From Strigamia acuminata (taxonomy: Eukaryota), in NCBI GenBank assembly GCA_949358305.1, contig OX442314.1, forward strand, positions 24,366,001-24,430,000: a DNA stretch of 64,000 nt. Reading direction: 5' to 3'. Positions within the stretch are counted from its first letter, which is position 1. Every line of letters starts with the position of its first letter. Below are positions 1 to 13,696 of the stretch, in pieces. The translations under genes were made by a program, and so were the position numbers. A model generated the notes under the pieces. The model ran no database searches. It saw only the letters and a list, made by a program, of their open reading frames with translations, and was not told the origin of the DNA.

Positions 1-1007
1 CGTATCCATGCCATCGTCTCGTTAATATTTTACAATTTGAAAATTCTAAATAAATTCAAAAATATAATGAAATTACTGCGATTTTCGTCCAAAAATGCGT
101 GTGGAAACACGAGATAAAATAAATTTAAAAAATTCCAGTCTTTACAAAAAATCATATTTATAGAAGATTTTATATTAAAAAAAATAAACTTTTTTTTAAC
201 ACAACAGACTACCAAAGCAGATCATCATAAGAAGCTTTGCAGCAAAGAATCTTTTGCAAAAACTCTATATTTGCTTCTGCCAAACAATTGGTACAAACAC
301 TGAAGCAACACGCCAGAACGACCAAAGGTCATGTCCCCGAATTCCTTCTTCTCAAAGCTGATTGCTCCATGGCAAATTGGTCAAACCTGACTCCCTGATT
401 CCGATAAATTTTACTTTCTATTAGAAATCTCTCTCTATTGCGAGCCAAAATATCAATCGAAAATATTTTTCCTTACATTTATTGTCAATATTTCCTAGAA
501 TTTAATTATCCCGCATAAAAATAACGTAAAAAAGAGTCATTAACCATGAATTGTTTAAGTTTTTCTCACTAACCACAAAATGTCATCCAAACCATTAAAA
601 TTTTTATGTCATTTCCTTTGTCCTATCTATGTTTTGTTCTCCGTCAGGCTCCGAGACTAAAGGTTGACACTAAAGGCTAACAAGGAGACCGCAAGAGTGT
701 GTAATCCACAATTGTTAAAATAATTGTTAAATAAAGTATTCACATGACCTGAGCAATCTATTTTTCTCATATTAAAATGCACCTCTCTCTCACATTGTTA
801 CAAACAGTTACAACACACAGGATTCCTTACTGTGTGTTGAAACAACTTTTTTCACTTTTTTGAGTAAAAAGGTCAAGTGTAGCACTACACTTGGTGATTA
901 GCCTGTTCAAACCTTACTCTGGAACCCAGGTAATTTGATATCACATGACATATGACATCACAACTTTGTTCACCAACATGACTGCCTGCTTGAAGCAACA
1001 ATAGTGT

Positions 1008-1080
1008 GTTGTGGTGGCTCAGTGGTTAAGGCAATGAACCAGTAATCTTTTCACACAGGTTCAAATCCCTGTTGTCTGTG
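1008..1080 (+). pseudogene. Degenerate tRNA-derived segment (Pol III A and B boxes) in the left arm of the foldback
   Basis: A box TGGCTCAGTGG 1015-1025 and B box GGTTCAAATCC 1058-1068 at tRNA-like spacing. Acceptor and anticodon stems do not pair. T-runs follow at ~1085-1112. Confidence 0.65.
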
Positions 1081-1252
1081 AAAATTTTTACTTTAATTTT
1101 TTTTTTTTTTTTAGCAGTAAAGTTGATGTTTGTTATTTTATATATGTTAAAAAATTAAAATTAATTATATTAAATTTTTTTAAAAACAAGTATAAAATAA
1201 TAAACATTAACTTTACTGCTAAAAATAAATAAAAAATTAAAGTAAAAATTTT

Positions 1253-1325
1253 CACAGACAACAGGGATTTGAACCTGTGTGAAAAGATTACTGGTTCATT
1301 GCCTTAACCACTGAGCCACCACAAC
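1253..1325 (-). pseudogene. Mirror copy of the tRNA-derived segment in the right arm of the foldback
   Basis: Reverse complement of 1008-1080 (ggatttgaacc; ccactgagcca at 1308-1318). Confidence 0.65.
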
Positions 1326-2329
1326 ACACTATTGTTGCTTCAAGCAGGCAGTCATGTTGGTGAACAAAGTTGTGATGTCATATGTCATGTGATATCAAAT
1401 TACCTGGGTTCCAGAGTAAGGTTTGAACAGGCTAATCACCAAGTGTAGTGCTACACTTGACCTTTTTACTCAAAAAAGTGAAAAAAGGTGTTTCAACACA
1501 CAGTAAGGAATCCTGTGTGTTGTAACTGTTTGTAACAATGTGAGAGAGAGGTGCATTTTAATATGAGAAAAATAGATTGCTCAGGTCATGTGAATACTTT
1601 ATTTAACAATTATTTTAACAATTGTGGATTACACACTCTTGCGGTCTCCTTGTAAGTTAAATTGCAACAACCTTTATTTCGAATGACACCATACTACAAC
1701 TACAACGTCTCGTATTTCATGCACGCACATATAGGCACATGCCAAAAGGCTTAATAGGCTTAATGTGCGAACGCAACACCACTTCCCCATTTAAAGAAGT
1801 GAGAGGCGCCTTCAATGTGAACTGTACAAATCCTCATCACTACCACCAGGTACACATTGAAACCACCATGTTAGTGTAAAAGCACACACTCATCACTCTG
1901 AATCTATGGAATTCAACATACACCCTGAATGCCTCTTGTGAACATTAATTCAGCCATCTTGTAATTGTAGCACACAAAAGAGGATAGCAGCTTACGTATA
2001 GTTTGTCGTTTTTCTTGTCGCCACGACAACAGTACATTGGTAAATGCGAGCCAGTCTGCACCTCTCCTAAGGAGGGTATTGGTTTTGGCAAGACTGTGTG
2101 CTGATAAAATTGAACTGTTAAGGCAGCACCATACTGTTGTAAATACATTGTCCAGAACTGTGTTGCACAAATGCTGGCAAGTTATTCATATGTCTCAAAC
2201 GGCCAAATACCATCATTGTCCAAGTCGGTTGTGTAGTTGCTGCTTGAGTAACGACAATAATGTTCACGAAAATAAAAGAAAGCGCAGACAAAAACACGTT
2301 GTTTCTTGGCAAAGTTGAACACAAAACTG

Positions 2330-2550
2330 GAATATTATATTTCAAAAATACATTGAAATTATTGGGTTTCATAAGAATGCTTTTTATAATACATTTTTGC
2401 GTGCTATTGGTTTGCTAATGATGACACATTTTGTAAAATGTATTATGAAATGCAACGCCAATACTTTTATTTGTCAAATGTGAATGCATTTTCAAATGGA
2501 TTTTTTCAATTGTATTACAAAATGCATTATTTAATTAATGTACAATACAT
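2330..2550. repeat. Dispersed AT-rich repeat; diverged inverted partner at ~5270-5530
   Basis: tttttgcgtgctattggtttgc and aaaatgcattatttaattaatgtaca match in reverse complement gcaaaccaatggcacgcaaaaa and tgtacattaaataatgcatttt. Confidence 0.65.
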
Positions 2551-5269
2551 AAACAAATAACCCGACCCCGGATATTTATGCAAAATAAAATTCGTTTTAT
2601 GCACATAAAATATGCACCAAAAAGTCCATTTTATGCAAAATAAAAAAATTTATTCGAGTGAAATCAGGTGTTAAATAATAACTTAATGCCACTTCAAAGT
2701 GTTCTTGATGTAAATGAATTATAATTAGTAATTACAATTTATTTTTATCTATTTTTTTATTTTTTTATTTGTTTATTTCTTAAAACTTTTTCCAGACACT
2801 AGTTTAGTGACTTCCCCTGGTGTCTGTTTTTGGCAAAGTCCTCAGTTTTCCAAACGCAAGCATACGTACACAATATGTGTCTTAAAAAAAAGGCAAAAAT
2901 TATTACGTACATGTTACATATCGTTAAAAAAAGACACAAATCGCCGTTTTTCCCGGAAAACTGGTGATTTATTTCTGATTTTCGGAAAATATGCATTTAT
3001 AGTCAATTTCAGCTTTTTATTGAATAAAAATAATTCCTATGCATTTATCGTAACCCTACAATAACATATGGTACTTAATTCTGCGAAATGCTATACATTT
3101 TGGAATGCATTAAATGAAAAGCAATATATTGTAAAATATATTTTTCAACCATATGGGCAATTTTTGAAGCACAATAGCGAAATTGAGTAGATCAGATTCC
3201 TGCATTGACATCTCAATCATCGTATGAGAATATTGTTTACACTATTAAAATAGCAGTTTATTCACACTGCATATCACATAGCAGTATTATGAGAAATAAT
3301 AACATTTCAAAAACATCACAGACTCAAAAAAACAATAAATTGGATTTGAAAAAGGAAGTAAATTGCATTAAAATTCTAACCTTCATAATTAAAATTTGTT
3401 GAGAAAATAGCATTCATAATAGAAACTCACTTTGGGACCTCGAATAATAGCAAGAATTGAGATAATTACTTATTCTTCGCTCGAGGATGATTTACCCAGA
3501 GTGTAAAAAATCGATGAAAAAAATAATCACGAGTTTATAAAAGATTTTTTCAATTAGGAATAAATTCAAGGATCACATTAGGATTGTTTGCAATAATTAT
3601 TTGAAGATTTTTCAATTTGTAATCTGTTAAAACACTTCTGATCTCAAATTTCTAATTGCATTAAAAATTTAATTTGAAACACGTTAGAGCCTCAGCTAAA
3701 ACCAGAACACATGAATTAGATTAAAAAGTAATTTAGTTTCAGTATGTGGTTAAAGCTGCGTTTTTCCAAACCAAATAAATATGTCCCACTCAACTAAGTC
3801 CACGAGAATAATACAACAGTACTTATAAGAAATATAATCACCAAATCTGAAGTCTACTTTTTTAAATTAAAAATCATTATTTGATTTCACATTTCACTTA
3901 AATATTAATCTTGAAGTTTTCGATTAAGTAATACAATAATTTAAAGTGAATGTTTTGTGTCTCCAAGCTGAAGATTCGGAAATAATTTATGTTTAATGGA
4001 CTTGAGGAATAAGATTAACCTTCAATCACAAGCATGACCAGGTTAAATTTGCCCACACCTCGCTGAGAAAATAAACCACAAAGACAAATTGATTGGCAAT
4101 GGTTCAAGACAGACGTGTGACCAAACCGATGAAACCATTCAAACCAACAATAAAAATATTTATTTTTAAATCTCCTGCTTTAAAAACCCAACTAAAAATT
4201 TAGACACCTACAAAAATCACTTATAAAACACGAATATTTTACCACTTTTATGAACTACGACCACAAAATCTTCAACCTAAACCAATACAGAAGCTTTTCC
4301 TATAAGGAGTCAACAAATCCAAAGCTCATTCTACATTTCCTAACCATAAAGAGTGCATTTCCATTCGTACTTATTCCTTTCAGTTTCTAAATTTATTCCT
4401 TAAAAAAAAGCTACATCCATTAACCATTTTATGTACATAACTAAACTTGCTTGTTTCGTCTCGAGCATCATTTCATTTGCATTAAAAGACAATGGAAAAG
4501 CAAGTAGCTAAAAATCAAACTGTGGCGCTGGCAACAGGCGTGAAAAGTACGGCAGCCATTAAGGTGACTACAAATTCATCAAATAGGTGCTACATTAGAT
4601 TGAAGGAAGGAGCAAATTCATGTGCGCACGCGATCGGAGACAACATCAACCGCAATGCGTGCAGATAAAGCACCCATGTCGAGTGATCATCCTTAGGTTT
4701 TATACAATCCCATCTATCCATCCATCCATCTATGCTCCTATTCTATCCATTGGTGTGTTAGTGGAGCGAGCAAAGGAATAATGGCAGGACTTCCCTTTTA
4801 AAGGTTAAGTGCGGTGTAAAAATGCAGCACCAGACGCCTCTGCACTCTCATAACTCACGCTTAAAACGCTTCGACGTGGCGCTCGTACGACCTTTCGATG
4901 CCTATAAAAGGCCCCGTTAATGAGTCATTTGAAATTCGGTTTCGTCACCCACCCCTTGCACTGGCGCCATCTGCTCGTCTTTTTTCAATCTACTTAAAAG
5001 AAGGAAGGAAGGAAAAATACAAATTTGGGCCACTTTAGTGAAACTTGCGAGATTGACGCTGCCAATTCAGTCGAGGCAACACCTTTTATCATTTGAAAAT
5101 CAATTCCCAGGTCAGCAACAAATTACCAATTTTAAAAAGTGGCCAATCTTCATTTGTTAAAGCACCAGCAAAATTCATTTCAACATTTTATACACATACT
5201 CTAGTACCATCCAATCCCATATGGTTCAAAAATGTATTATACAATATATTAATTTTCACTTCATTAAGC

Positions 5270-5530
5270 ATATTATTTGTACATTAAATAATGCATTTTG
5301 TAATGCCATTGAAAATGAATTTCATAATGCTATTGAAAATGCATTTCATAATGCCATTGAAAAAATGCATTTTAAAATTGCATTCAAATTAGACAAATAA
5401 TCACACAAAGAATGCATTTTACAAAATGTATTACCATTTGCAAACCAATGGCACGCAAAAATGAATTACAAAAAGCCCTTTTCGTGAAACCAAATGCATT
5501 TCAAATACATTGCAATATAATTTCAATGTA
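5270..5530. repeat. Dispersed AT-rich repeat, inverted copy of ~2330-2550
   Basis: See partner. Also carries internal short repeats (cattgaaaatg...tttcataatgc). Confidence 0.65.
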
Positions 5531-7896
5531 AGATATACGGTAAACGATAAACGACAAACTGTGCTGTGCTGTGAATGTGTCCATCAATTTGTCTTTTTTA
5601 ACAAAAAAAAAGAAAGTAAAACACCAACGTTAATTGAAATTAGTGAGTGGATTTGAGAGAGAACAAGTCGAGCATAGAAATACAGCAAAACGCACGCGTC
5701 CGCCACATAAACATAAGTTGGATCACTGCCAAAATAGGACCCAGGAACAAACAGACCAAACAGAGCTCACGGTAGGGCCGAGGATTTGTGGCCGACCGGA
5801 GAAAAACACCGCCTAAATCCATCGACCCAAAGTCTTAAGTCGCGGAGAGCCCAGTTTGTCCACTTTTCGTGATTAATTGCGAAGGTTTCTCCACTCAAAC
5901 TGCTAAAGTCCTAAACTCGCACGATACACTAAATAATTTCCAGATATTTGTTGCTTTGTATAACGTAGCTGAAGGACGGGAAAAGACGACCGAAACGCCG
6001 ACGAACATCATGCCGGCCATTCATCTTGTCGATGTGGCCGTGGTTTATGGCCGCAAGAAAGACATTGCAGCGAATGTAGCTCAATGGTTCTTCCTTTGGC
6101 CAAACCCTCCTTACGCAGAATACAAACATGTTTTCTACGCAGTTTGCCAAATGGTTTTAAAGAGGCGATTTATGATTGGGACGTGATTTGAAAGGCGGAA
6201 AAGGAGAAGAAAAAAAAAACGAAAAAAAAAAAGTTGAATGAAAAATTTAAAAATAAAAAAAAGAGAAAAATTGAAAGAAAATGTTTCTATTTTGCATTTT
6301 GTATTGAAATTCAATTAAGCGGAATGGGTTATGCTAGTGAAAGTAAATAATACAATGCAGCATGTAATAGGAATCGGTTTCCCGATCTCGATGGCGCAGC
6401 GCGAGGAGGAGATAAGTGTGATCTCTGACACGTTCGAGTGGAGAAAATCATTTTCCTAGTTGGCTGATTTAATTAAGAGACTCGATGACTCATTGTGCCA
6501 TGCCAACATCTCTCAGCCACTGGAGGAGTCGCCTGTTAGGCGTCAGCTCGAAAGTTTCTTGATTTAAGACTCGAAATCGTTTGGAACAAACACAAAAACG
6601 AAGTTTCATTTCATTTCCTAGCCAATTGCCCCATTCTGATTATTATTTTCCAAAAATTTCGTGCCAACTTTGTGTTGCAGTTATTAAGCACAGTCACAAA
6701 TTTCGCTTCAATTCGTTCTTGGCAGCTCGCATTTATTCGAAAATCGACTGGGAAATAAAATTCTTAATCAAAGATTCCACGTTTGGAATCTTATAGCTCA
6801 TAAATCAATTTTTAAGATGATAAGAGCGGCTTTTATATATTTCTCATTAAACTTAACGTCTTCATTGGACACTAATTAACTTACAATCAAAGTTTTAGTT
6901 AATAAAAAAAATAATAACGTGTAATTTTGAATCTAAACTTCTTGTTTGCCCACAAATAAAAGGAAAAAAAGGGTAGGCTTCACTGTGCTGCGTTTGGCAC
7001 CTCCTAAGACATCAATTGTTCATTTTGACAATGGATTAGGTAATCATGGTTGATGTCGTAGACGCCACAAACAAATTGATTGTTTCTGATCCAAAGTGTT
7101 ATCTCTTTTTTGAGGCACCAGAAGAGAAAGAAAAAAAATCAATTTTTTTTTTTTTTTTTTTTTTACTAATCAAATAATGTAAAAAAAAAACCGTTTATGA
7201 CTTAGATGGAATGAAGCTACTGTAGTTTCCACACCGAATTTAACCGTTGATAATTGAATTTGTTGAAAAAAATTCGATCAAAAAACGAATGAATTTGACT
7301 AAGTCTATTTCCTTAGGACAGAATTAATTCAACACTCGCAAGCTCGAGTTTTGACATCTTTTGGGATGACAAAATCACGAGGCACATTCACAAATGCTTG
7401 TTTAGTTTGCAGTTAAACACGTTTTGTTGTTTAAATGTCGTGCGCATGCCCAATGCGTCTGTAAACACACTACTTTTCAAAATATACCGCATCTCCTGGC
7501 AGTGGTACTGTATAGGTACCACTTTATTTTAGGTAAAATCTGATAAAATCTTGCAAAACCTTGCAAAATCTCGCAAAATTCCGCGCGATCTCATACTGGT
7601 ACCTCTGAAGATATCCACAATAGTACCACTAAAGAAACTCAAAAAGTACCACAAAATATGAAATCCAGGAATAAACAGCAATCAAACATGGCGAATTGGG
7701 ACGAAAATTGATAAAAAAATAACGCAAATATCCCCAGAATAAAAAGTCGGATTGTCAAAAATTAAACAGCAAACGAAAGAACAGAAAAAACAATACCAGA
7801 AACGTTAATTAAACAACACTATGCGAAACTAATGATTAATACATATTTAATTGAACAGTATACATTTTTTGAGACACCGTATATAGCAAAACAGTA

Positions 7897-8032
7897 ACTG
7901 CATTCAAAAATAAAAATAAGAATTTTAGTTTAAGTGTATTTTAAGTTTTAACATGGGTTTAAACAAGAAATGATGTCATTTTTGTTTTAAAATTCAGGTA
8001 AAACACAAAATATTGAAGTTTTTGAATGCAGC
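7897..8032. mobile_element. MITE family A (GCTGCATTCAAAAA termini), copy 1
   Basis: ta|actgcattcaaaaa ... tttttgaatgcagc|ta; internal sequence homologous to 10205-10351. Confidence 0.75.
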
Positions 8033-10204
8033 TAGTCAAAATTTCAAGTTTCCAAATATCCAAGTTAAACTTTGCGGTTTATCAAGCACAAGCACCTATT
8101 GCCAGAAGGTAGTATGAATGTCATTTTCCCTCTAGTTCAAAATTAAGTCGTATTAGACAGACTCATCTCCATGCAAATAGAAATTCTGCTTAATGGAAGA
8201 AAAGTAGAATGTGTATGCTCTGCGAGAGCAGGAAGAGTCCAAACTGAATGCTTCAGTTCAGACGAGAACTGAAAGACCCATTGCCACACCCTCAAGCAAT
8301 ACTTGTCTGCTTGCAACCACATGTCACTATTCCCATCTGACGCCATTTTTGGACTGTTTGCCCTTACCTTGAGGCACTGATTACTGCATTACATAGTCGA
8401 TGAACAGGCACACAGCCGCAGTTTGGAAATTTGGTTTTTATTCATTGATCTTTATAAAATAGAATAGTTTCAACCAGAAAACGTAAAAATAAAAAATAGC
8501 GAAAATATTTCTACTCTAAACTCTCTGTATTTTTGCTCGTTATCTCTAATTATCTCGAAATCAGTTTTACATCATTATGCCTTACCATATACTGTATTTA
8601 AACTCTAAAACCAACGACCCACGGCAATCAAAATCAATTAAAACCATGTGAACAGTATCAAAACACGTGATGCTTTATGGACCAAAACGAGTCACAATAA
8701 GAAAACAAAAATATTAAAATGCACTTGATTCTGCAGATGCTTCTCTGCATTGCAAATAAATACAAAAACAATAATTCTTGCATTTGTAATCATCTGTAAC
8801 TCGGTCGTACACACTAATCGACACTCAAACAAGCATAAATTATTAAAAATGAATTAAAAATTCATATTACATATTTTTCTTCACATTTTTCGTCCAAGCA
8901 CAAGCATTACAAGCAGTAACCCAAGTCGCCAATTTACGCGACAGAAGCGAATGTATCTGATGTAATAACTTACCTTGAAGCATTCTGCCAACTTGATATG
9001 TTTTCAGGGATATTCTAACAGTTTTGATGCTCGCTAATTACATGTATAATAGGGCTGTCCAGAATTGAATTGCGTTCTTCCTTAACTTCATTAAACTTTC
9101 AAACGCAAGCTGCTACTCTAAACAGGCGAAAAGAGAGGGGGAAAAAAATACAATTAATTCAAAAACTTTTCTTCTGATGCACAGTCACAGAAGACGAGAA
9201 CAAAAAGAAATGGAAGAAGAAAAGAAATATAAAACCCCAGAGAAACGCGTGAGAAGTTTCTTTTCATTCAACCAAATCGATAAAAATGAAGCAATATCTA
9301 TATTCAAAAAAAAAATATTTAAAAAAAAAAAAAAGACAAAAAAAGAAACGCACTTTGAAAGTGATGAATTAGATTTTAAACTGGTCTTTTGGTTATTTCA
9401 ATTAAGGCACAAAGATATCGACTGCGTGCGAAAATTGACGTTTTTATTGCATGGCAATGATAGTGGAGAAGTTAGCCACCTTATAGGAGGGTACAAAGAG
9501 CCCTTCGAGACGTCACCTGTGATTAATTCCTAGTGAAAGGTCTAGTGCACCTCGGGGAAATTACCCTCACTCTATACAGACATTTTCAGACGGCGTGGAA
9601 CATGTCTGTTTTCTTTACTCTTTTTCTCTCTCTGTTTCTCTCTCTCTCTATCTCGTCCCAACTCATCATCGCCAACTAGGACTGAAATTGCTATTTGATC
9701 CCCCTAACAAACACTAGTCTCTCTTCGACACTTTCGACTGAGCAATTAATTACATCTTTTCGCAAGCTTTGACGAAGTGGCGCGTACGGAATTGAAGCGC
9801 AATTTAAATTAAACGTAGTCAAGATAAAAATCCAAGAAACCAATTTGGAATTCAAGGTATATCAACTGCACATTTTAGCTGCAAATTTTTAGAATCGCAT
9901 TTGCATTGAAATTAATCCACGTTGTAATAACATGGGTTGGACGAGCTTATGTTGGATTACGAAACGCAACCTGTTGCAATTAAATAAAAACCAGACTAAT
10001 ATTAAGCAAACACCCGAACGCAAAACTAAACTCGCGCTTAAATAAATAGAAGCAATGAGAAGAACGTCTATATTTTAAATCTCACCACTTCCCATTCATT
10101 TCCATGATTCAAATTTATCAATCTTTCGTTCGTCTACCCGCATTTTAAATATCACGTTTGAATACGTCTTAACACACTTTCTTCGTAGATACAGAGATTC
10201 ACTA

Positions 10205-10351
10205 GCTGCATTCAAAAATAAAAATACTTGTGTTTTAAAAATGTTAGTTTAAGTATATTTTAAGTTTTAATATAGGTTTAAACAGGAAATGATGTCATTT
10301 TTGTTTAAAAATTGAAGTAAAACACAAAATATTTTGGTTTTTGAATGCAGC
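10205..10351. mobile_element. MITE family A, copy 2
   Basis: ta|GCTGCATTCAAAAA ... TTTTTGAATGCAGC|ta: perfect 14-bp TIR flanked by TA. Confidence 0.8.
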
Positions 10352-10760
10352 TAGTTCAGTTGAACTATCAAATCGTTTTCGAGGTTTTTTAATTAGTTGG
10401 ACCATTCAAACCAAATTTGTACGAACACCGGAATCTCTAAAGCTAACTTACTATTTTCTGTGACAAGTTAACGTCATTTGAAGCTCTCTAATGCTCTCGG
10501 CATTAAAACAAACAAAGATTTAAAAAAACAACAAATGAGTCCCTGATAATGACATCTATTTTGCTGTTGCTTTAAGCTTCATTCCAATATTTATTTAAAT
10601 TTTTTTATTTTCCTCAAAAACTAAACAAATTAACCAACAAAAAAATTCAAAACAAACAAAAAAATCCTAATCTCGCTCATATCTCTTCCTTCCAAATTAA
10701 CTGGCAAAACGGAGCAAATATTGCAACTGGCACGAGCGAAAAGGGTGATTGGAAGTGTGG

Positions 10761-10781
10761 TGTGTGTGTGTGTGTGTGTGT
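10761..10781. repeat. (TG)n microsatellite
   Basis: About 10 TG units. Confidence 0.9.
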
Positions 10782-11124
10782 ACGCAGACTCAGTCACCTG
10801 TAAAGTTGCTCGTACCTCCAATAAAAATCTGAAATCGAAGCTCCCACCAACTTTACACGCTGCGTTCGGCTCGAAGCAATTTTATTTGGCTATGGAAACT
10901 TGATGCCTGTCTTCTGCGTGTGCGATGGAGGAAAGAAGAGAGGTTGGGGTGGCGGAATTGAGCGGGAAGGGGCGAAGGGGCCCTTTGAATGCACTCGAGC
11001 ACGAGAAACAAGATGAGGAGGGCGGGCGGGCGGGCTGCTGTCTCTTTCTTTTAACGAGGTCAGCACAGCACAGCGCCGAAAGAAACACACGCACTGACGC
11101 CCAATCAATGTTTTGTGTTTACAG

Positions 11125-11312
11125 GTTCCACAAATTCAAAGTGGGACGCCTTGTAAACGCCACGACGTGCGAAGGCGGATACGTTCAAATAAGGGACGGC
11201 ACAAAGGACTCGGATTCGCCCGGTTTCTTTTGCGGAGAAGTGGATCGACCGCAGGTGTACATCTCGGAGACGAGTCACGTGACTATCAAGTTCCACGTGC
11301 GTCTTTTCTCAG
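11125..11312 (+). CDS. First visible exon of CUB/LDLa/TM membrane protein gene (C-terminal part of a CUB domain); upstream exon(s) not found
   Basis: Acceptor tttgtgtttacag|G and donor TCAG|gtgaaa. Encodes FHKFKVGRLVNATTCEGGYVQIRDG...FFCGE...YISETSHVTIKFH, a CUB-like pattern. Phase joins the 13116 exon in frame (S-D-K). Confidence 0.85.
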
Positions 11313-12418
11313 GTGAAAAATTTATTGAAGAAAGATGCAGCTATTGTAATTAACCGGTCTTGTTGTTTAGTTGCTAAGTACGCACGCTTCCTTTCCCATT
11401 CGCTTTACCTTTTGCACATTGCTTTTGGCGTTGCAGTTGGAGGTTCCTTTACTGAAGCGTAGTTACTTCCATTTAATTTAATCACCGCAGGGTAACCCGA
11501 GAAGATGATCCGAAGCGAGTGCGCTAAGTCGAAGCTGAGTCTAATAAGATAGAGAATGTTGCTCGTTTCCCCACAAGAGTCAGTCGGAGTTGGCCGTTTA
11601 CTGTTTGCTTTGCCTTGCTTTATCCGAAGCAAATTCTCTTGCTGTACTCGCTCGCTCTTCTCTTACTTCCTTTCCTCTGCAGCTGCGCTTGCGCTTCACA
11701 TCTCAACCAGAGCTAACATTTTCCACTGCAGGTGTCAACTGAACGCTACGTGTCTTACTGCTTTGATTTAACAGTAGCAAACGGTTTGAAATAATTAAAT
11801 CTCGAAAGTAGATTAAGGAGATTCAGCCAAATGAATGTTATGCAGGTAAAGCCAAGGGGCAGCAATGACACAAGTTTGCACAAACGTAATAAAATAAAAG
11901 GCGGTTTTGGACTTTTGGATTTGTAACGTGATATCACGGTTATGTCGTCTGACTATTTTCAGAATCTTTCTATCGCACAACAATCACAAAATCACAAAAT
12001 TACAGAATCGTACATTTAATGAAACCCCTTAACGATAAGTTAGATGTTACACATGCAATTGCTTTTGTAGTAAATCTATTGAATGTACCGTACAGGGAAG
12101 ATGAAAGAAGCTGACTGTTGGCAACATCCACTTTTTTGTCGTGTAATTGTGCAGTGAAGAAATAATGGTTGGATACCTGTGGACAGTTAAAAAACAACAA
12201 CGAGGAATTTTTTTTCTTTCTATTCCCTAGTTAGATGACTGATAATGTATAACTAAACATTTTATCGATTAAGAGCTCTTATTCAAACCTGCCATTTTTG
12301 TCAGCAATTACAATTTCGGTTTTTCGTTTGTTACATTTGTTTAATGTAACAAACGAAGTCTGAACATCACGAACGAAGCGTACGTTCATCGATCGTGAGG
12401 TTAAATATGGAAACAATA

Positions 12419-12501
12419 CCGTACTTTTGCAAAAATATGGTATTCTTGGTGTCTCAGTCGCGGCTACTATTCGAGGGCAACTCTTAATCGGTAAAATACG
12501 G
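12419..12501. mobile_element. Tiny Tc2/pogo-like MITE in CUB gene intron
   Basis: TA|CCGTACTTTT ... AAAATACGG|TA. CCGTA termini with a TA TSD are characteristic of Tc2-type elements. Confidence 0.5.
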
Positions 12502-13115
12502 TAATTAAAAAGCGCGCCTTCGGTTACACGTGCACCGAGGATGCGATTTTCAAAGTGTGTCGCATAAAATCCTAAGAAAGATTAAATAAGTCAAATTTCT
12601 TTGGATAGCAGCTCAAACTTTCATTTAAATTCTGATTTTTTTTGTTTCGCATTTGTTAAACGCCTTTAATGCCTAATTAAAATTCCACACTTAGACTAAA
12701 AAAGCAAGGGGAAGAGCTCCACTGTCTTGAGTATTTCTTTTTTTCAGAAAAAAATGTTTTATCTTTTACTGCACAATTATTTTAATTTAAAAAAAAATAC
12801 CTAAATTAAAATTTGAAATTAGGTTTTAAAGCTGAATTAGACCGAGACAATGGATCATTAGCCATAATAAAAATTAAAACTTTTGTTATTATAACACGGA
12901 AAGCCACCAGACTGGAAATTACTAATTTACCTTAGCTCAACTTTTCTGCATATTGAAATCGCCAGAGTCCGATTAGCATTATAATACACCAACTCCCGAG
13001 AATTTCCCACCAGAAACACCCAACTCAAAAACTCCCAATCCAATTATAGATTTTTTTTCCCCCTCTTCTCCCCTAATACTTTTAATCTAAAATCACTTCT
13101 TCGATTATTTCACAG

Positions 13116-13354
13116 ATAAGACCTACATAAGCTTTAATTCGAGAGCCGAACAGCGCTTCGAATTATATCCCCGATACGGCCAAAACCCGCAACTGTATTT
13201 GGACCGAAGAGGTAAACTAATCCCGGGAACGATATGCGATCGGCAATTCCCCGATTGTCAAAATTGTTTCTTACAATCCCCCAATTATCCGGGAGTATAC
13301 CCACGCAATCTAAGATGCAAATATTACGTGAGCAGTAACAAAGGATCACTCAAA
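13116..13354 (+). CDS. Internal exon of CUB/LDLa/TM gene (not in ORF track)
   Basis: Acceptor atttcacag|AT and donor AAA|gtaagt. Manual translation is open: DKTYISFNSRAEQRFELYPRYGQNPQLYLDRRGKLIPGTICDRQFPDCQNCFLQSPNYPGVYPRNLRCKYYVSSNKGSLK, with the CUB motif SPNYPxxYP. Confidence 0.9.
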
Positions 13355-13420
13355 GTAAGTAGAAATTAACAAACGCCATTCCCCATATGCTTGAAAAATA
13401 TATTTCTACATTAAGGAAAG

Positions 13421-13696
13421 CACGGGTTCCTAAACTTTTTAGCATCGCGACCCATTTTTAAGCAAAGCGGTCTTCCGCACCCCACTCCATCTACCGATGC
13501 ATTAAATTTTTCAAAAATGAACTACTAAAAAGAAAAAAAGAAATTTTTATATAATTTTGCATAAAATTTAACATAAAATAATTTTAGTGCACTATGCTAG
13601 GGGGGCGTCATGTCTAAAAGTTAGTTAGATTTTTACAATTGTGTCGTTGCGCCCCACCAAAAATCAGCTCGTTTGTGAAACGTTTGGGAAACGCTG
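13421..13696. mobile_element. Degenerate hAT (Charlie/Buster-like) MITE in intron
   Basis: CACGGGTTCCTAAAC ... GTTTGGGAAACGCTG imperfect TIRs; no clear TSD. Confidence 0.4.

Larger units (their letters stand above)
681..1652. mobile_element. 972-bp foldback (palindromic) non-autonomous DNA element with TAA target-site duplication
   Basis: taa|CAAGGAGACCGCAAGAGTG ... CACTCTTGCGGTCTCCTTG|taa. Arms are near-perfect inverted repeats over >400 bp with an AT-rich imperfect centre near 1166. A 3-bp TAA TSD is typical of PIF/Harbinger-type MITEs. Confidence 0.88.
630..1778 (-). mobile_element. Possible short 3' LTR remnant (~175 bp), interrupted by the foldback element
   Basis: Minus strand reads purine tract aaatggggaagtgg, then TGTTGCG...AATAAA..., and after removing the foldback insertion ends ...agaacaaaACA. 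Structural inference only. Confidence 0.3.

Noticed and set aside
1008..1080. Functional tRNA gene
   Set aside because: Acceptor and anticodon stems do not pair; only the promoter boxes and part of the T-arm remain.
10925..11124. N-terminal extension of ORF 10925..11353 as the gene start
   Set aside because: No signal peptide or CUB similarity, and a good splice acceptor sits at 11124; likely intronic.
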